A DNA stretch of 64,000 nucleotides from Tubiluchus corallicola (taxonomy: Eukaryota > Animalia > Priapulida). The position numbers and the translations under genes are program-made. Below are positions 36,689 to 49,600 of this stretch, one piece after another. Positions within the stretch are counted from its first letter, which is position 1. Each line of letters begins with the position of its first letter. The stretch is from the NCBI GenBank assembly GCA_030141605.1, contig JAQGDQ010000036.1, forward strand, positions 930,001 through 994,000, read 5' to 3'. The notes beneath the pieces are model-generated. The model was given only the letters and a program-made list of their open reading frames with translations. It made no database searches and was not told where the DNA came from.

Positions 36689-36971
36689 GACCAGACGGTT
36701 TGGTCTAGTGGTAAGCGTTCGCTTTCCGTCTGGGAGGTCGTGAGTTCGATACAGCGGCCGAGCCAAAGACTTTAAAAATGGTGCCTGCTGTTGCCCTACT
36801 TGATGCGTGGTATTCAGGGTAAATGTGGGGGTAATAATAGTCTTTGTTATGTAGTTGTAGGTTGTTTTTATAGCAGGCCCAAAAGCTCTTCGGAGCTTAT
36901 GTTAATTGTTGAGCCAAAAAGCCGACGTTAAATAAAGATTATTATTATCATAAAATTATTATTATTATTAT
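36689..36971 (+). mobile_element. tRNA-derived SINE
   Basis: Pol III A box tggtctagtgg (36701), B box gagttcgatac (36742), core ccaaagactttaaaaatggtgcctgctg, then aataaa and an (att)n tail. Confidence 0.8.
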
Positions 36972-37833
36972 AAGGCCTGCTATCCCTAGCTTATAAATTA
37001 TAATAAAAAAATGCACGGTTTTATTTTTCTCAGCAAACGTCAATGCAGATATGAGACTAGAAATTAAAGTGGAAAATAGGAGTAAATGTAAGCAAATCTT
37101 TGCTTTGAGAAAGAGTGGTGCTATTTGTTAGTTTCAAGTTTGTCAGTAAAATTTGGGTTTAATTTTTAGAGCATTAGAAAGTGCTTGCTTTTTTACATTG
37201 TCAAGGCTAGTTTCAACGCTTTCCTATGTGGATGTGATTCCATTATGGGCCCTAATTTCACTACTTTCGTAGGAGAAAATGTTGATTTTAACGGACCTTA
37301 GCCCGTCATCCAATAGATTTTTTTCGCAAACACAATGTTATATTGCCTTAAAAGATTTCTATCCTAGTAGTGCAGTCAGTTTACTAAGTTAATGATGCTG
37401 CTGATGTAGCCAATTTTGTACGCGTTTGTAAAAGAGCACTGTCCATTGTTTTTGTAACACAAGAGCACAGATTACTTTATCCATATTTTAAAATGCTGTA
37501 ATTCATTGAAAAGCTAAATCTTGTACCATTTTTCATTAACTGCAATTATAAACATTGCAAAAGCACCTAAAATGTTACCATAATCATGCTATCCGTATAA
37601 TACAATTTACGTGTAATTTTTAATGTTTGCACAATCCGTATCTAATGAAATTGCAATCATCTTGCATAAGAATCACGTGGATACATTAGCACACTGAGTT
37701 TCGCAAATTTTAGCATTTTTATTTTGCTGCATTTTAGCGATATGACGACGAACGCAGTCGCGGTACTCTTAACACTAATTAGCAAATTAGGCACTGGCTT
37801 TCAAGGAATAAGCTGACAGGTCTTGTTTAGCGC

Positions 37834-38640
37834 TCACATTTTGTACCCAGTCAAACCAATCTTCTGTGACAATCCACCAGACATTTTAATAAACTCATTT
37901 TGCGGTTTTCTGTTAACATGCCACCCTTCACCAATTGTTGATCGAATGTCCACTGGCCAGTTTTGCGACGCGTGTAGGGACGCCCTTTCTTCTAACAATT
38001 TTGCATTGGCTTTTTTTATTTTTTCCAGATCTCTTTGCTTGTGTTGATTTTGTGCTTCGAAAGCAATGCGATTATAGGCTTCGAAAAATTTCACTTGTTC
38101 TCTAACAAACTGTCGCTCTCGTTGCCGCGCTGCTGCTAGTCTTTCGAGTTTAGTATCTGGCGTTGGTTCAGTTGAGTCCTCCTTTGTGTTTAATTCTTCT
38201 GTTCGAGGTGATATTAGTTTTTCCATTCTGCTTACTCCTGGCTCCATAATGTAGGAACTGCTGTACCGATATGGGTACACTGTTTTGTCATTATAATTAT
38301 TCTGTTTATAACCGCTGTTGTTCGAAACTGACATATAATTGGATGAATGCTGTTCATGCATGTTTCTTTTGCTCAATAGTTCGTTATGTTTCCCGGCCTT
38401 TGTTTGCAGCTCCTCGAATCGTTTAGTCATTTCACCACGTCCATTGCGAAAGTTTAGCTCATTGTCTTCTAGTTTTGTCTTCATGCGTCTCAGAAGAAAA
38501 CTCGGATATGACAAGTAGTTTGCGTGTCTGAAAGGTATTGGTGTAGAAGCGCGTTGGGAGTAAAACTCATTAGACCATCTGCCTTCTCCAGAGGTGTTGG
38601 AAGTTTCCCATGAACGATTTGACAGGCTTCGTCGATGCAT
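37834..38640 (-). CDS. Uncharacterised 268-aa protein with charged helical segments (single coding exon)
   Basis: 807-nt ATG-to-stop ORF, non-repetitive, no transposon motifs; helical segments LLRRMKTKLEDNE...KRFEELQ and KLERLAAARQRERQFVREQ. Confidence 0.65.
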   Translation of the reverse strand: MHRRSLSNRSWETSNTSGEGRWSNEFYSQRASTPIPFRHANYLSYPSFLLRRMKTKLEDNELNFRNGRGEMTKRFEELQTKAGKHNELLSKRNMHEQHSSNYMSVSNNSGYKQNNYNDKTVYPYRYSSSYIMEPGVSRMEKLISPRTEELNTKEDSTEPTPDTKLERLAAARQRERQFVREQVKFFEAYNRIAFEAQNQHKQRDLEKIKKANAKLLEERASLHASQNWPVDIRSTIGEGWHVNRKPQNEFIKMSGGLSQKIGLTGYKM

Positions 38641-39177
38641 TAGTTCACACGGCAGACGATCATTTAAATTACTAACGAAAATTGATTACTACAAGCTTAT
38701 CCATTTTCAAATATCACAATTCCGGCGTACGTTATAATTATTTTATATTTTGAAAATGATTTTGATAATCATATAATTAATGTGTTATAATATACTTTTC
38801 TAGATGTGATGTAGTAGGTCTAACGCACGGCAGTCCTTGGTTAAGTAGCTTACGTTGTTATTGCTAGCCTAGAAAAATCGTTTCATGCGTTGTGTAGCGC
38901 CGCCTCCGTTAATGTTTCTTTTAATTAACGGCCAATTACTTAATTGGGTTTCGATGAAGAGGGCTGCATTATTAACTGCTAGCTAGTTCATACGTCACAT
39001 GCAGGCTTGCCCAAATAGTAAATATTTAAAAAAATATAAACACCGACGCCACCCTTTCTCATAAAATTAATAATTAATTTAGATTTGAACCAGTTTCGTT
39101 TTCAGCAATTCGCAGTAGGCTACACATATATAGAAAGGTAAAAATTTGTGATGTGCATTACGAAATGTTAGTACAAA

Positions 39178-39328
<151 letters not shown>

Positions 39329-39904
39329 AGTAACACTTAATAAAATTCACAGTTTCTTTCTATAGCCACAGTAAGCGAATTTCGAAACTCGACTTTTTAG
39401 ATAAAAACGCAAGACAAAAATAAAAAAAACATTTCAGTCTGATCGCTTTAGAAACATTAAACATCAAACCAGCAGACAACATTCTCGACAATTGTTAGTA
39501 AACCTGGCATAAAATGTATAGTAGGTATGAAATTATTTTGTTGTGGCGACAGTATACACTTATTTTTTGTTTTTGCATTTCAGTCGGCTGAATAAACCAG
39601 ACAGAATTATCTTTTTAACAGTGATCTGTATTAATATTATGTCTATGCCATAGTACTATACTACGCTCAGAAGTGCCGAGTGGCTGACAAGCCACTGGCA
39701 CAGTAGTGTCTAGTTTTCGCTAGATAAGTTGCTGAGTTTATCTGTCTTGATGTGCGGTTTTCTTTATTTTGGTATTCTGCTTACCTAATGTCTACAATAG
39801 ACATAACCTTGATTACTATTGGAAGGTTACTACAACATTAATAATATTACTAGGTAATTATATATACATGTTTATATATGGGTTACTTGTAACTCGTTAC
39901 TCAC

Positions 39905-39980
39905 TCAGCTGATTGGCGCTTCCGGTTTTGTGGCGAAAAGCATTGTGGGATCAAGTTGATGTTGGCAGCCATATTTACGC
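39905..39980 (+). promoter_or_regulatory. Probable PIP4K2 core promoter
   Basis: Clustered inverted CCAAT (gattgg, 39911), ETS site (cttccgg, 39919) and a YY1-like motif (gcagccatatt, 39965), about 140-200 bp upstream of the ATG. Confidence 0.45.
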
Positions 39981-40116
39981 GATCATGGTGTGTTTGTGTG
40001 TGAAGCAATAATGTAACAAATTTCGCATTTCTACAAAATAATATTAGTAACGCTTTGATTAAAAACTGCAGTGGCCATCGGTGCAGTGACCTTAATATAT
40101 AGCTGTAAGCGTCATT

Positions 40117-40230
40117 ATGATGGCCACACGAAGTAAGAAAAAGCGCATTAAAACCGTTTCTCAAAAGAAGCGTCTTTTTCGCGCAAATGAACCTTTGCTT
40201 AGTGTCTTTATGTGGGGAATAAATCATACG
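40117..40230 (+). CDS. PIP4K2: PIP4K2 coding exon 1
   Basis: [19 protein letters not shown] followed by the donor |gtaagt. Confidence 0.92.
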
Positions 40231-40618
40231 GTAAGTTAACGAGATTTATATGACGGCATTACATAACTGATGCTTTTTTGTTATAAGACCTTGTTGCACT
40301 TCTAAACTTTAAAGTTTAAGCAGGCTATTTTACATAAAATTTTATAAATATTAAACATTAAATTTATTAAATATAATTTATATAATAATTATTAAAATAA
40401 ATTTCATCATAATTTAAATTTATATATCTGTATATTATATAATTATATGCCTTTCATGCTAGTCATGATGAATGATGACATTTGCCATGATTTCGTTTCA
40501 TAATTACCTACTAGTACTAGTCCACTAAATGACACTATATAATATTAATAATTAATATATATATATATATATCATTATATGTATATCTTAATATCTATAT
40601 ATATCTATATCTATCTAT

Positions 40619-40675
<57 letters not shown>

Positions 40676-43600
40676 TATATATATATATTAAAGAATGCAT
40701 GATAGTGTTTAACAACATGGCTTGTCATTGTTGACAACTGACATGAAACACTCTGATTTGTAACCATTGTTTAAACAACCTTGCGCTGGTTGTGAAAAAA
40801 TCACTATTAAAAATTGGCAAACAAGGATTTAAGTTTTTCTTTATTTTTTCTACGATGGAAACACCTGGTAAAAATTTATATGTAATGTTAGAAAGACAAT
40901 TTTTTGGGCTTTCCAATCATATGCAACATGCTAAGACTTTTCACAGTTTCAGTGATTGATGATGATCGTGAAAAAGTCAAAGGTTAGGTGTACCAGACAA
41001 TGCATTTGTGTACACTTGACAACACCTTGCAGCCCATAATGTTGTAATAGTAACCATTTTAGCAGCTAGCTAGAAGCTTAACCAGTTCATTTTTTCGTGT
41101 TCTCAAGCAAGATCCTGCTAGTAAATCACTCTACACACAGACTAAATGCATAATTAAATAAAGTGTACGTAAAACAACTGTAATTACAGAACTTACAATT
41201 TTGCTTTACCCACATGTCATGTGACGGTTGTAGTTAAGGTGTGTTGCTGTGGTACACTTAAACTTTGACCTACACTACAGCAACTGCGCTAGCGTATAGA
41301 GAAACTGTGAAAAGGCTTATATTAATTTTGATGTGCAACTTGCCGTCATCACTTGAAATAGTCGGTAAAGTAACACATATGCATTAGACTTGACGTGGCG
41401 GCTGGTGGATTGTAAGTCAGTTTTGCTGATTGTTTCTGCTATAGTTTATTTAATATTAACTTCCAGTTGTTGACATTTATGCACAGTATGGACAAGTAGT
41501 CTGCATTCAGATAATGGTAAATGATATACGTAAATGAATGTTCTTCAAAGAGAATGGTAATTAAGTATCATTGCTAGGGCGGGCATTATCACTGGACAAC
41601 ATTCTGTATCAAAATATGACCTTGTAGGATGCCAAGTAGTGCATTAGCTCATGTACTGCATTTGCGCTAAAATGCTTTCTGCTAAATTTGCAGAGAACGA
41701 ATGCGGTACATGAGCAGCCCAAGTACCACATCGGTGATTTCGCTCACACTTTTAACTTTACATTAAGACTTTTGACAAATTTTTAAAAATTCTGTGAAAG
41801 TTTCTTCATTTTATAAAAAACTTCGCTTATTTGCTGATTTGCCATCAGTTTGGCATCATAATGATTACAAGTTTAAAAACGAAATAGATCCTGACCAGCC
41901 TTCATTGAACACAATGGAGTATGCAAAACACTGGGAAGCAAACAGCTCACCAGTCTGTAAACTGATGATGATAAGTCTTTATTAGCGTGTTTTTGCAGGC
42001 AAAAATATCTGTACTAACATTATAAAATTTTACATAGACACTACACAGAGTGAATTCTACAATATTACATTTACGGATTCTGTAATTGGCTTTTCTAATT
42101 TGTGCGTATAACATTACTTACAGTGATATTAAACAAGAAGTATTGAAGTGCGTGACAAAAGTCAAGGTTATTAATGCAGCAAGTTTCCTGTGAGGTAATA
42201 TAAAAATGCAGATAAATTGATATACCATATTATTAAATTCCATTTCAATGTTTAAATCCACAAGAGTTATAATCAGTAATCTCAAGAACTACACAAATTT
42301 CATCAATATTTTACTAAAAATTAATAGCAGGATCTTAAAAGAAAAGGGTCCTTTACAAAGTGGGTTAGTGCCGATATTAAATTTTCATTTTTGGTCCAAT
42401 ACACAAGATTTAAATTTTCATTTCCCAATTCGTGTAGTAGTATATTTCGCCTATTTGCGTCGATTCGAGGACATCGGTGTATCAAGTGTTCTGGTTTCTG
42501 GGCTTCCGTGCCACATTCACAAAGCTCAGCTCTAGCAAATCGAATCTGACTCATCAATTCATTGAAATTTCCCTGTCCAGTCAATAACCTCACTGCTGCT
42601 ACTTCTACTTTTCTTTCGGATTTTCCAACTTTTAAAGTAAGAGTCTGATCTAAATTTTTATGCGACAAATCGGCTGTAGTTTCCCCACGTAGTTGAAAAT
42701 TAGTTTTTAGTTTTTTGCTCCATTTCATGTTTAATTAGGATTGTATATCATTTTGACGGTAGTAAAACACGCTGTGTTGTAACTCTGCCACACGTTTGGA
42801 GCGAATATCAATATTTTTAGTGACTTTCAAGAAGTCTCGTACGTTGTTCATATGTAGCCGAAGTAGATGCTTCCGGTCCTGTGGGGTTGATGCTACACTA
42901 CACATTTTTTCTGTAATGTGGTTTCTAAGAATATCATTAGCACTACCACTTAGAATCTTTAAGAAAAATTTTACTCCTATAATTTTAGCGGTAAGGTCGA
43001 TAGTTGGCAGACAGCAAATTTGTTCTAGAATTTCTCTCGCCGGGAATAAGATGGAACCAGTCGCTGATTTCATGACGTCATACGTGATATCATCGAAGGC
43101 TGAGTATTTTCGTGGCAACCAAGCTGACGATCCGTACAACATTATGGGTAAGATAAGTGTTTTGTATATGAAAACTATGGTCGGTAATCTAAGTCCTGTG
43201 TATTTTCTGCAGTTTTTCTTCACCGATAACCAACGCGACCACACCTTTCTGCGAGTTGCATTTACATGACTTTCAAACGACAATTTTTTGTCAATAGTTA
43301 ATCCGAGAATTTTACTTTTCGTCACATAGTTTAAATCATTACCCCCGATATTTGAATTCGTCAGACAGGGAAACCAGTTTCCTACTAGTATTGCTTCGGT
43401 CTTGTCAGGTTGAGTGTTTATTTTTAAACGCCATTAAAGCATCACAGCACATTTGTGCCTTTAAATAACAAGCATATTGCGAAGTCTCACTAATGTACAA
43501 TGTACAGTCATCTGCATACTTAAATTTTTCTACGTTGAATGACATATTTGTGTACATATCCGCTACATAAAATATGAATAGAAGAGGTGATAGCACAGAT

Positions 43601-46600
43601 CCCTTGGGCACTGCAGTAGTATTCATTTGATAGGTAATAGTCGATTTTTATTCTTACTCGCCTCTTCCTTATGAAGTCCAAAAGTAAAGTGAACAATTTG
43701 CCTGTAACTCCACCAGTATATAGCTTATACAGCATACCATCTTGCCACACACTATCAAATGCTTTCTCATAATTGCAGCACAAGGATATACCAAAACGAT
43801 TTTTGACTAGGTCGTTCTCAATATGAGATAATTGTCTCACCAAATATCGAGTAGTATTGCGCTTAGGTATGAAGCCTTCCTGTTCGATATCTAGTTAATT
43901 TCGTTGCTCAAAGAATCTTCTTAACCGATGTTCAATAAGTCTTTCCACTATTTTTCCGAAGTAGGATGAAATTGTTATTGGTCGGTAGCTGCTAGGATTG
44001 TTGTATGACATTTTATTTTCCTTCCTCGTTAAATGACTTTTTAGAACTGTTCCACGGCCATGACCCTAGTTGCAGACACAGGTTAACAATTTTTAGCATT
44101 GTATGTCTAGCGTTTAATCCCAAATACTTTATCATTTTGGGGTGCAAACCATCCGCATCCACTGACTTGCCGGTTTCTATTGTTTGTGCGATTGCTTGTT
44201 CTAGCTCGATTAATGTAAAAGGACTGCTTAACCAAGAATTTGCTACTTGCTCTCTTTGCATTTGCCTCAGTTTGTTTTCGATTTGTGTTTTATGCTCCTC
44301 ATTCAATTGTTCATTGGCAAAATGATCACCGCTGAACAAGGTGCGGTAGAAGATTTCACATCTCATCTTGTCTTGCATGACAATTTGTCCATTGTGTTTG
44401 AGGCTATCTACTGTGCTTGGTTGTCTATTATTAAAGACTTTCCTCCTATATGTTTTCCAGAAAGAGTTAAGTTTGGTAGATCCAACCAGGTAGATGACAA
44501 ATGACCCTTTAAATAGGTCTATTGTCCCACTGGACACGATACAGTTTTTGCCAGCTCTCAAATATTTCCAAAAAGCCACAATTTAATCAGTTTTTAGCTG
44601 ATAATTTCACTATCTCTCAATTTTGAGAATTAAATTTTTCACAGTCTGATAGACTATTCATTTGCAATCACTCTGACATAAGTTTTATATAAGCCACTGT
44701 CCAACTAACTGCAATTTCACTAACAATTTGCGGAACATAAAATGTACGTGCACATTACAACCCTTCAACACCACCAAAAAACTTCCAAAAAGTCTGTAAA
44801 TGTCAGCAAACAGGGTTTTAACACTTAGGACAGGCAAAAACACCGCAAAATTAATTTGAATAATCCAAACAGTATTGTATACAATATAATTTGTTTTTGA
44901 GCTAGAAGGATGGGGACAGCTTAGCAGCATTGGCCATATAATTTATTATGAAACTTTGACAGTTAAATGGCTTACTATTCCGTATACGGTATACCGCATT
45001 TAGGAGAAAAATTCTGTTGGAGGAAGAGGTAATGAAACGGATCACCTGCCTATTTAGCGAGACAAAATAAAAATGACATACCTTACCAACTGTTTGAATT
45101 GCGCAAAAAGCCGGTTTATTTCACTTCAAAAATATTAACCTCGAAACCAAATTTAATGTTGCTCATCTGACTGGCTCACAATTAATGATTATTTTTTTGT
45201 TGAATGTATAACTTATATTTAATTAATTATTCAAAGTATATTGAAATTTTAAGTCATTATTATTAAATGAACAAGTACAACGGACGCTCCACTAAGGTAA
45301 ACTCGGCTCAATTCCTGACCCTATCTGGTGCACTACTGGGCAGCCCATGTACCACAATTGGTAGATGAGCTTGTCCAGGTACTGCGCAATGCGTTTCATC
45401 GGTTAGTGTGTTACATGGCTCCTGATAGACCTATTGTGTTAAAGGAAAACAGGAAGATTTCCAGATCCTACCCACTTGGAAGTATGGTTTTAATATAAAT
45501 TTTTTTATCTATAATGATGCAAAAATGTTTCTAATACTTCAGTATTAGCTTAGAACCTTAATTAACTGCCAGCAACGGCAGCTAACTTTAATATCACAAG
45601 TGAGCTTAAGTTTTTAATGAGTGTGAAACATTTTATGAGTGTGAAATATGTGTTTGTGGAAACAGAAATTGAAATACAGCACAAGTATATAATGACATGT
45701 ATAATACTCAAAAGTTTGACAAATTTTAATTCAGAAATTCAAAGTTCGTATGCTATTTTTTTCAGACTGACTGATTTCTTTCTTTTATACTGTTTCAATA
45801 TATGTATAACAGGCAATAAATAAATGAAAAATAAAAATAATGCCTGAAATATGTACATCTGTTCTTATGGCCTATTTTTGTACAATGCACTTCCAAGATG
45901 TAGGCGTTACTGCTAATACTCAAAAGTTTGACAAATTTTAATTCAGAAATTCAAAGTTCGTATGCTATTTTTTTCAGACTGGCTGATTTCTTTCTTTTAT
46001 ACTGTTTCAATATATGTATAACAGGCAATAAATAAATGAAAAATAAAAATAATGCCTGAAATATGTACATCTGTTCTTATGGCCTATTTTTTGTACAATG
46101 CACTTCCAAGATGTAGGCGCTACTGCTCATCTAATTTGGAGTGGCGGAATGCGTGCAGCAGTGAAAAACTAACGAGATCCCGTTTCCGCAGTAATAATTC
46201 TTTCACTTAAATCATTCTGAGTTGTCTGTAATCACTAGCCATAGCCACCATCAGTTCTTCATGTCAATGGCCCAGTAAGGATAATTATCCAACATGATAG
46301 TGCTTATATGTAGTTTTCTACAAACCTTTTTATGCTGGACTCAAAGTTATAAAAGGAACCAATCGCTATCCTAGAGTCAAAATCGCAGAACTAGTTTGTG
46401 GCAAAAAGATAAACAGACAAAATGCTAATTAATAAGAAAGAACTAAAATCCTCTTCTAACATAGAAATGAACATTTACCAGTTTGTCAACAGTCATGTAG
46501 TTATATGTATCATTTTGTTTATGCTTTTTAATGATTTATGCTTGTAGGGAAGCAGTATGGCACATGCTACAATGTGTGTTAGCTATTTTTTTGCATACGC

Positions 46601-49600
46601 ATGTGTGCTCATCTCCTGAAATGGCATTACCCATTTTACTGTACTTTGTTATTAATCACTAGTGGTGTATAGACAGTACACTGCAACTAAATACTGTTTT
46701 GCGCTTTTGAGGGCAGTTTAGTAGCTTGTAGAAACACATTTTAAGTCCTTTTTATATGCTAAAATTAGCTGTTGATGGGTCACCTAATGTTATTTGTACA
46801 ACTAGTTGTTCAGCGTTTCCAGCAAAAAAAACTCAAGGATGTTATGTTTCATTAGTTGAAAGCGACTGTGGCGAGTGATTGTATAACTTTACATTTCTTT
46901 CTTTGTTTTTTAAAGTTTGACATTGTAACTTTTTAAAATTTTTCTTAATCAACAGAATAAACAGTCTGGCAAGAGTCATGAAATCAGTAGTCTAATGAGC
47001 ATATATTTTTACATTTTCGCATTTTTTTAAAAAAATGTAGTGTGCCAAAGCTAGGCACTTATCCTCTAAACATAGGTTCATCCAAGTATTATAGTGTATA
47101 ATGTATTCATGATTAGATGGAAGCTAAATTTTGAGTATGGAAACCTAACTTTGGCCCATTAAAAGGTTTTTAAAAAATCAGGTGAACAAAACTAGGAAAC
47201 AAAAGGAGGTGAAAATTTAAAAGCAAGTGAAACTATAATGCTACACTAAAAATCTTCAATGCTATAATGGAGTTACAAGTAATACTACTAGCACTACAGC
47301 TGCTTAAAAACAATGTATAATTTGTAGTATTATGCAGCTAAATCGATTAGACAAGAACTGCAATGTGCAGTAATGCAACATAATGCTGTACAGCTAAATT
47401 TAATTGAGATTATAAAAAGCTTGGTATTTGCCATGGCAGGCACTTAAAACGCGTCTTATGTTTGCTGGAATTGATGGTAGTATCAACACTTGCTTTACAC
47501 TTTCAGGAACATACCAACACTTATCACCAGCCTCCGTCCATCTCCAGTGTAGCCATGAACCGGCTTGAATCCTGTTGCAGACTTCAGTTTCTCCTGTACC
47601 TTCAGAAGTTGCACTTATAATCCCTTAATAAAACTGTGCTAATATTGTTTCAGAAAGTGATCTTGACTAAATTAAAAAAATTGTATTTTGATTTTCGTGA
47701 TTTAACAGCATTTGTCTGCCAGATCTCACCGTCCTTTTGTTGTACAGTATAATCCACTTATTACAATAATATACGAGGCCTGTTATAATGATAACGTTAA
47801 TAATAATAATAGTGAAATAAGGAGGCCTGTTATAATGAGCCTCTGGTTACTTTGAGTAAATTTCAAATTCCCGTCAATTCTTAGGCTTTGATAATGTAGG
47901 CCCCTATTTAAACCTTGCTTACAGTGAGTTCCGATATTTTGAATTTTTGCTCATTATGTGGGAATTTTCTGCGCCTGTGATTGTACTCTCATGCATATAA
48001 TGAGCATGAATTCTAAAATAACAGGCATTTGCCATTTACTCTTTTTTTTATGAAATAGTTGCTGAACAGTAGTATTTATTGAAAGTGTTCTTTTCATCGT
48101 TACGATCATATCAGCCTTGTAAGCTTCATATCTATAATGTACACTTCAAATAAATGACCTCTGCTATAACGAGGCTCGTTCAAATTTTCACGGTGCTTTG
48201 AAACTTGTTGTAAACGAATTATACTGTATTTAAATAATATATGATTGTGATTGGTTTTGCACATTCAAAACTTCAATACAAATGGCCAGAATACACCTGA
48301 AATTATGCTAATGAGAAAAACAGCATGGACTAATGTTAGAGCAGTTTTGGTCAAACAAACTACTCATCCAAAATTTAGGTCATCCTTTAGTATGATAAGA
48401 TATTTCAATCCATCTAATCTTGCACATTTTTCCAGCAAATGTTTTGTAAACTTGTTTCAGTTTTGTGGCAAAGTAAGGAAACTTTGTGGTAATGTATACT
48501 TTAGTTTGCCGTCAGTTTGGTATCTTACGTCTGACACTTACTAAGAGTTCAGCTTAAGACTGTGACAGTGATTTCACTTGGTAAGCTTTACTACAAAAAC
48601 TTACTGGCTACTGCTAGTCTGACAGCCACACCATGTATGCAAGATGTGGCAGCTGCTCAATCTAACCTTATAAATAGTGTAGTTAAGCAGTAGTATTTAT
48701 GTGAATTAGCAAGTTTTAGGTTTCCTGACAGTGAATTGCAACATTACTCTCTATATTTGGTGTAGGCATTTTACAGCTGTCTCTTTTTCCCATCCCATCA
48801 ATGTAATCAATGCTACACCCATTACAAAGCCATTGCAACCTTATTTTCTTATTGATTTGTACTGACATTGCCAAATGAGCCCTAGATTTAAGCATCATTT
48901 TTCCAACATTTGTATGTGGTGACAGGGCTTCTTATCCCTGTTTTCAAAGATGAAATTGCAGTTACTAACTTGAGTAATATGCAGATCGAGAGCACACACT
49001 AGTGCTCTAGTAACCTAAGTCCTAGCGTACTTGGGCCAATACTCTTTCTTGTTGAGTGCTGCTGCAGTATAAAGTCTATAGGTAACCCTGGAAAAAAGCA
49101 TGAAGAATGAGTGCGCATTTGCATTGGCAATTTGCCAGTTATTCCAGAAAAACTTTTATGTACTTGCAAGACTGCAAGAATATGTCGAGCAAAATGATGC
49201 AAAAGAAAGAGGCTCGGGTATTTCACTCAAGGATGTGCATTATATCAAGATCTTGTGTATAAGATTAAAGGAAAGCATGATCCACTACTTAACTTTAGTT
49301 CAAAACAATCTGCATAATAAAAACACACTTTTTTTTCGAAAATCAATTATGTGAAAGAATGATTACCATGGAAGCTTAATTTCACATTCGTGTGGCTAGT
49401 TCTCTGCTGTTACATATATTTTGCCATTCGCCAATTAGATGGACAGTAGCACCTATATCTCAGTGCACAAAAATAGGCGCTGTAACTCTCAGTTCAGAGG
49501 TATTCTATTGTGATGTTTGTACACACGTTCGAGAGCTCATACTTGAGCAAAATGGTGAACTTTAAATTTGAATTTTTAACTTAAAATTTGCCGAGTTTTT

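Noticed and set aside
36689-36765. tRNA gene
   Set aside because: A and B boxes are present, but the acceptor and anticodon stems do not pair properly and the sequence runs on into a SINE body and (att)n tail.
39901-40227. 108-aa minus-strand ORF
   Set aside because: It lies antisense to PIP4K2 exon 1 and its promoter; the recognisable protein is on the plus strand.
42796-43269. 157-aa plus-strand ORF
   Set aside because: It is the antisense shadow of the LINE ORF2.
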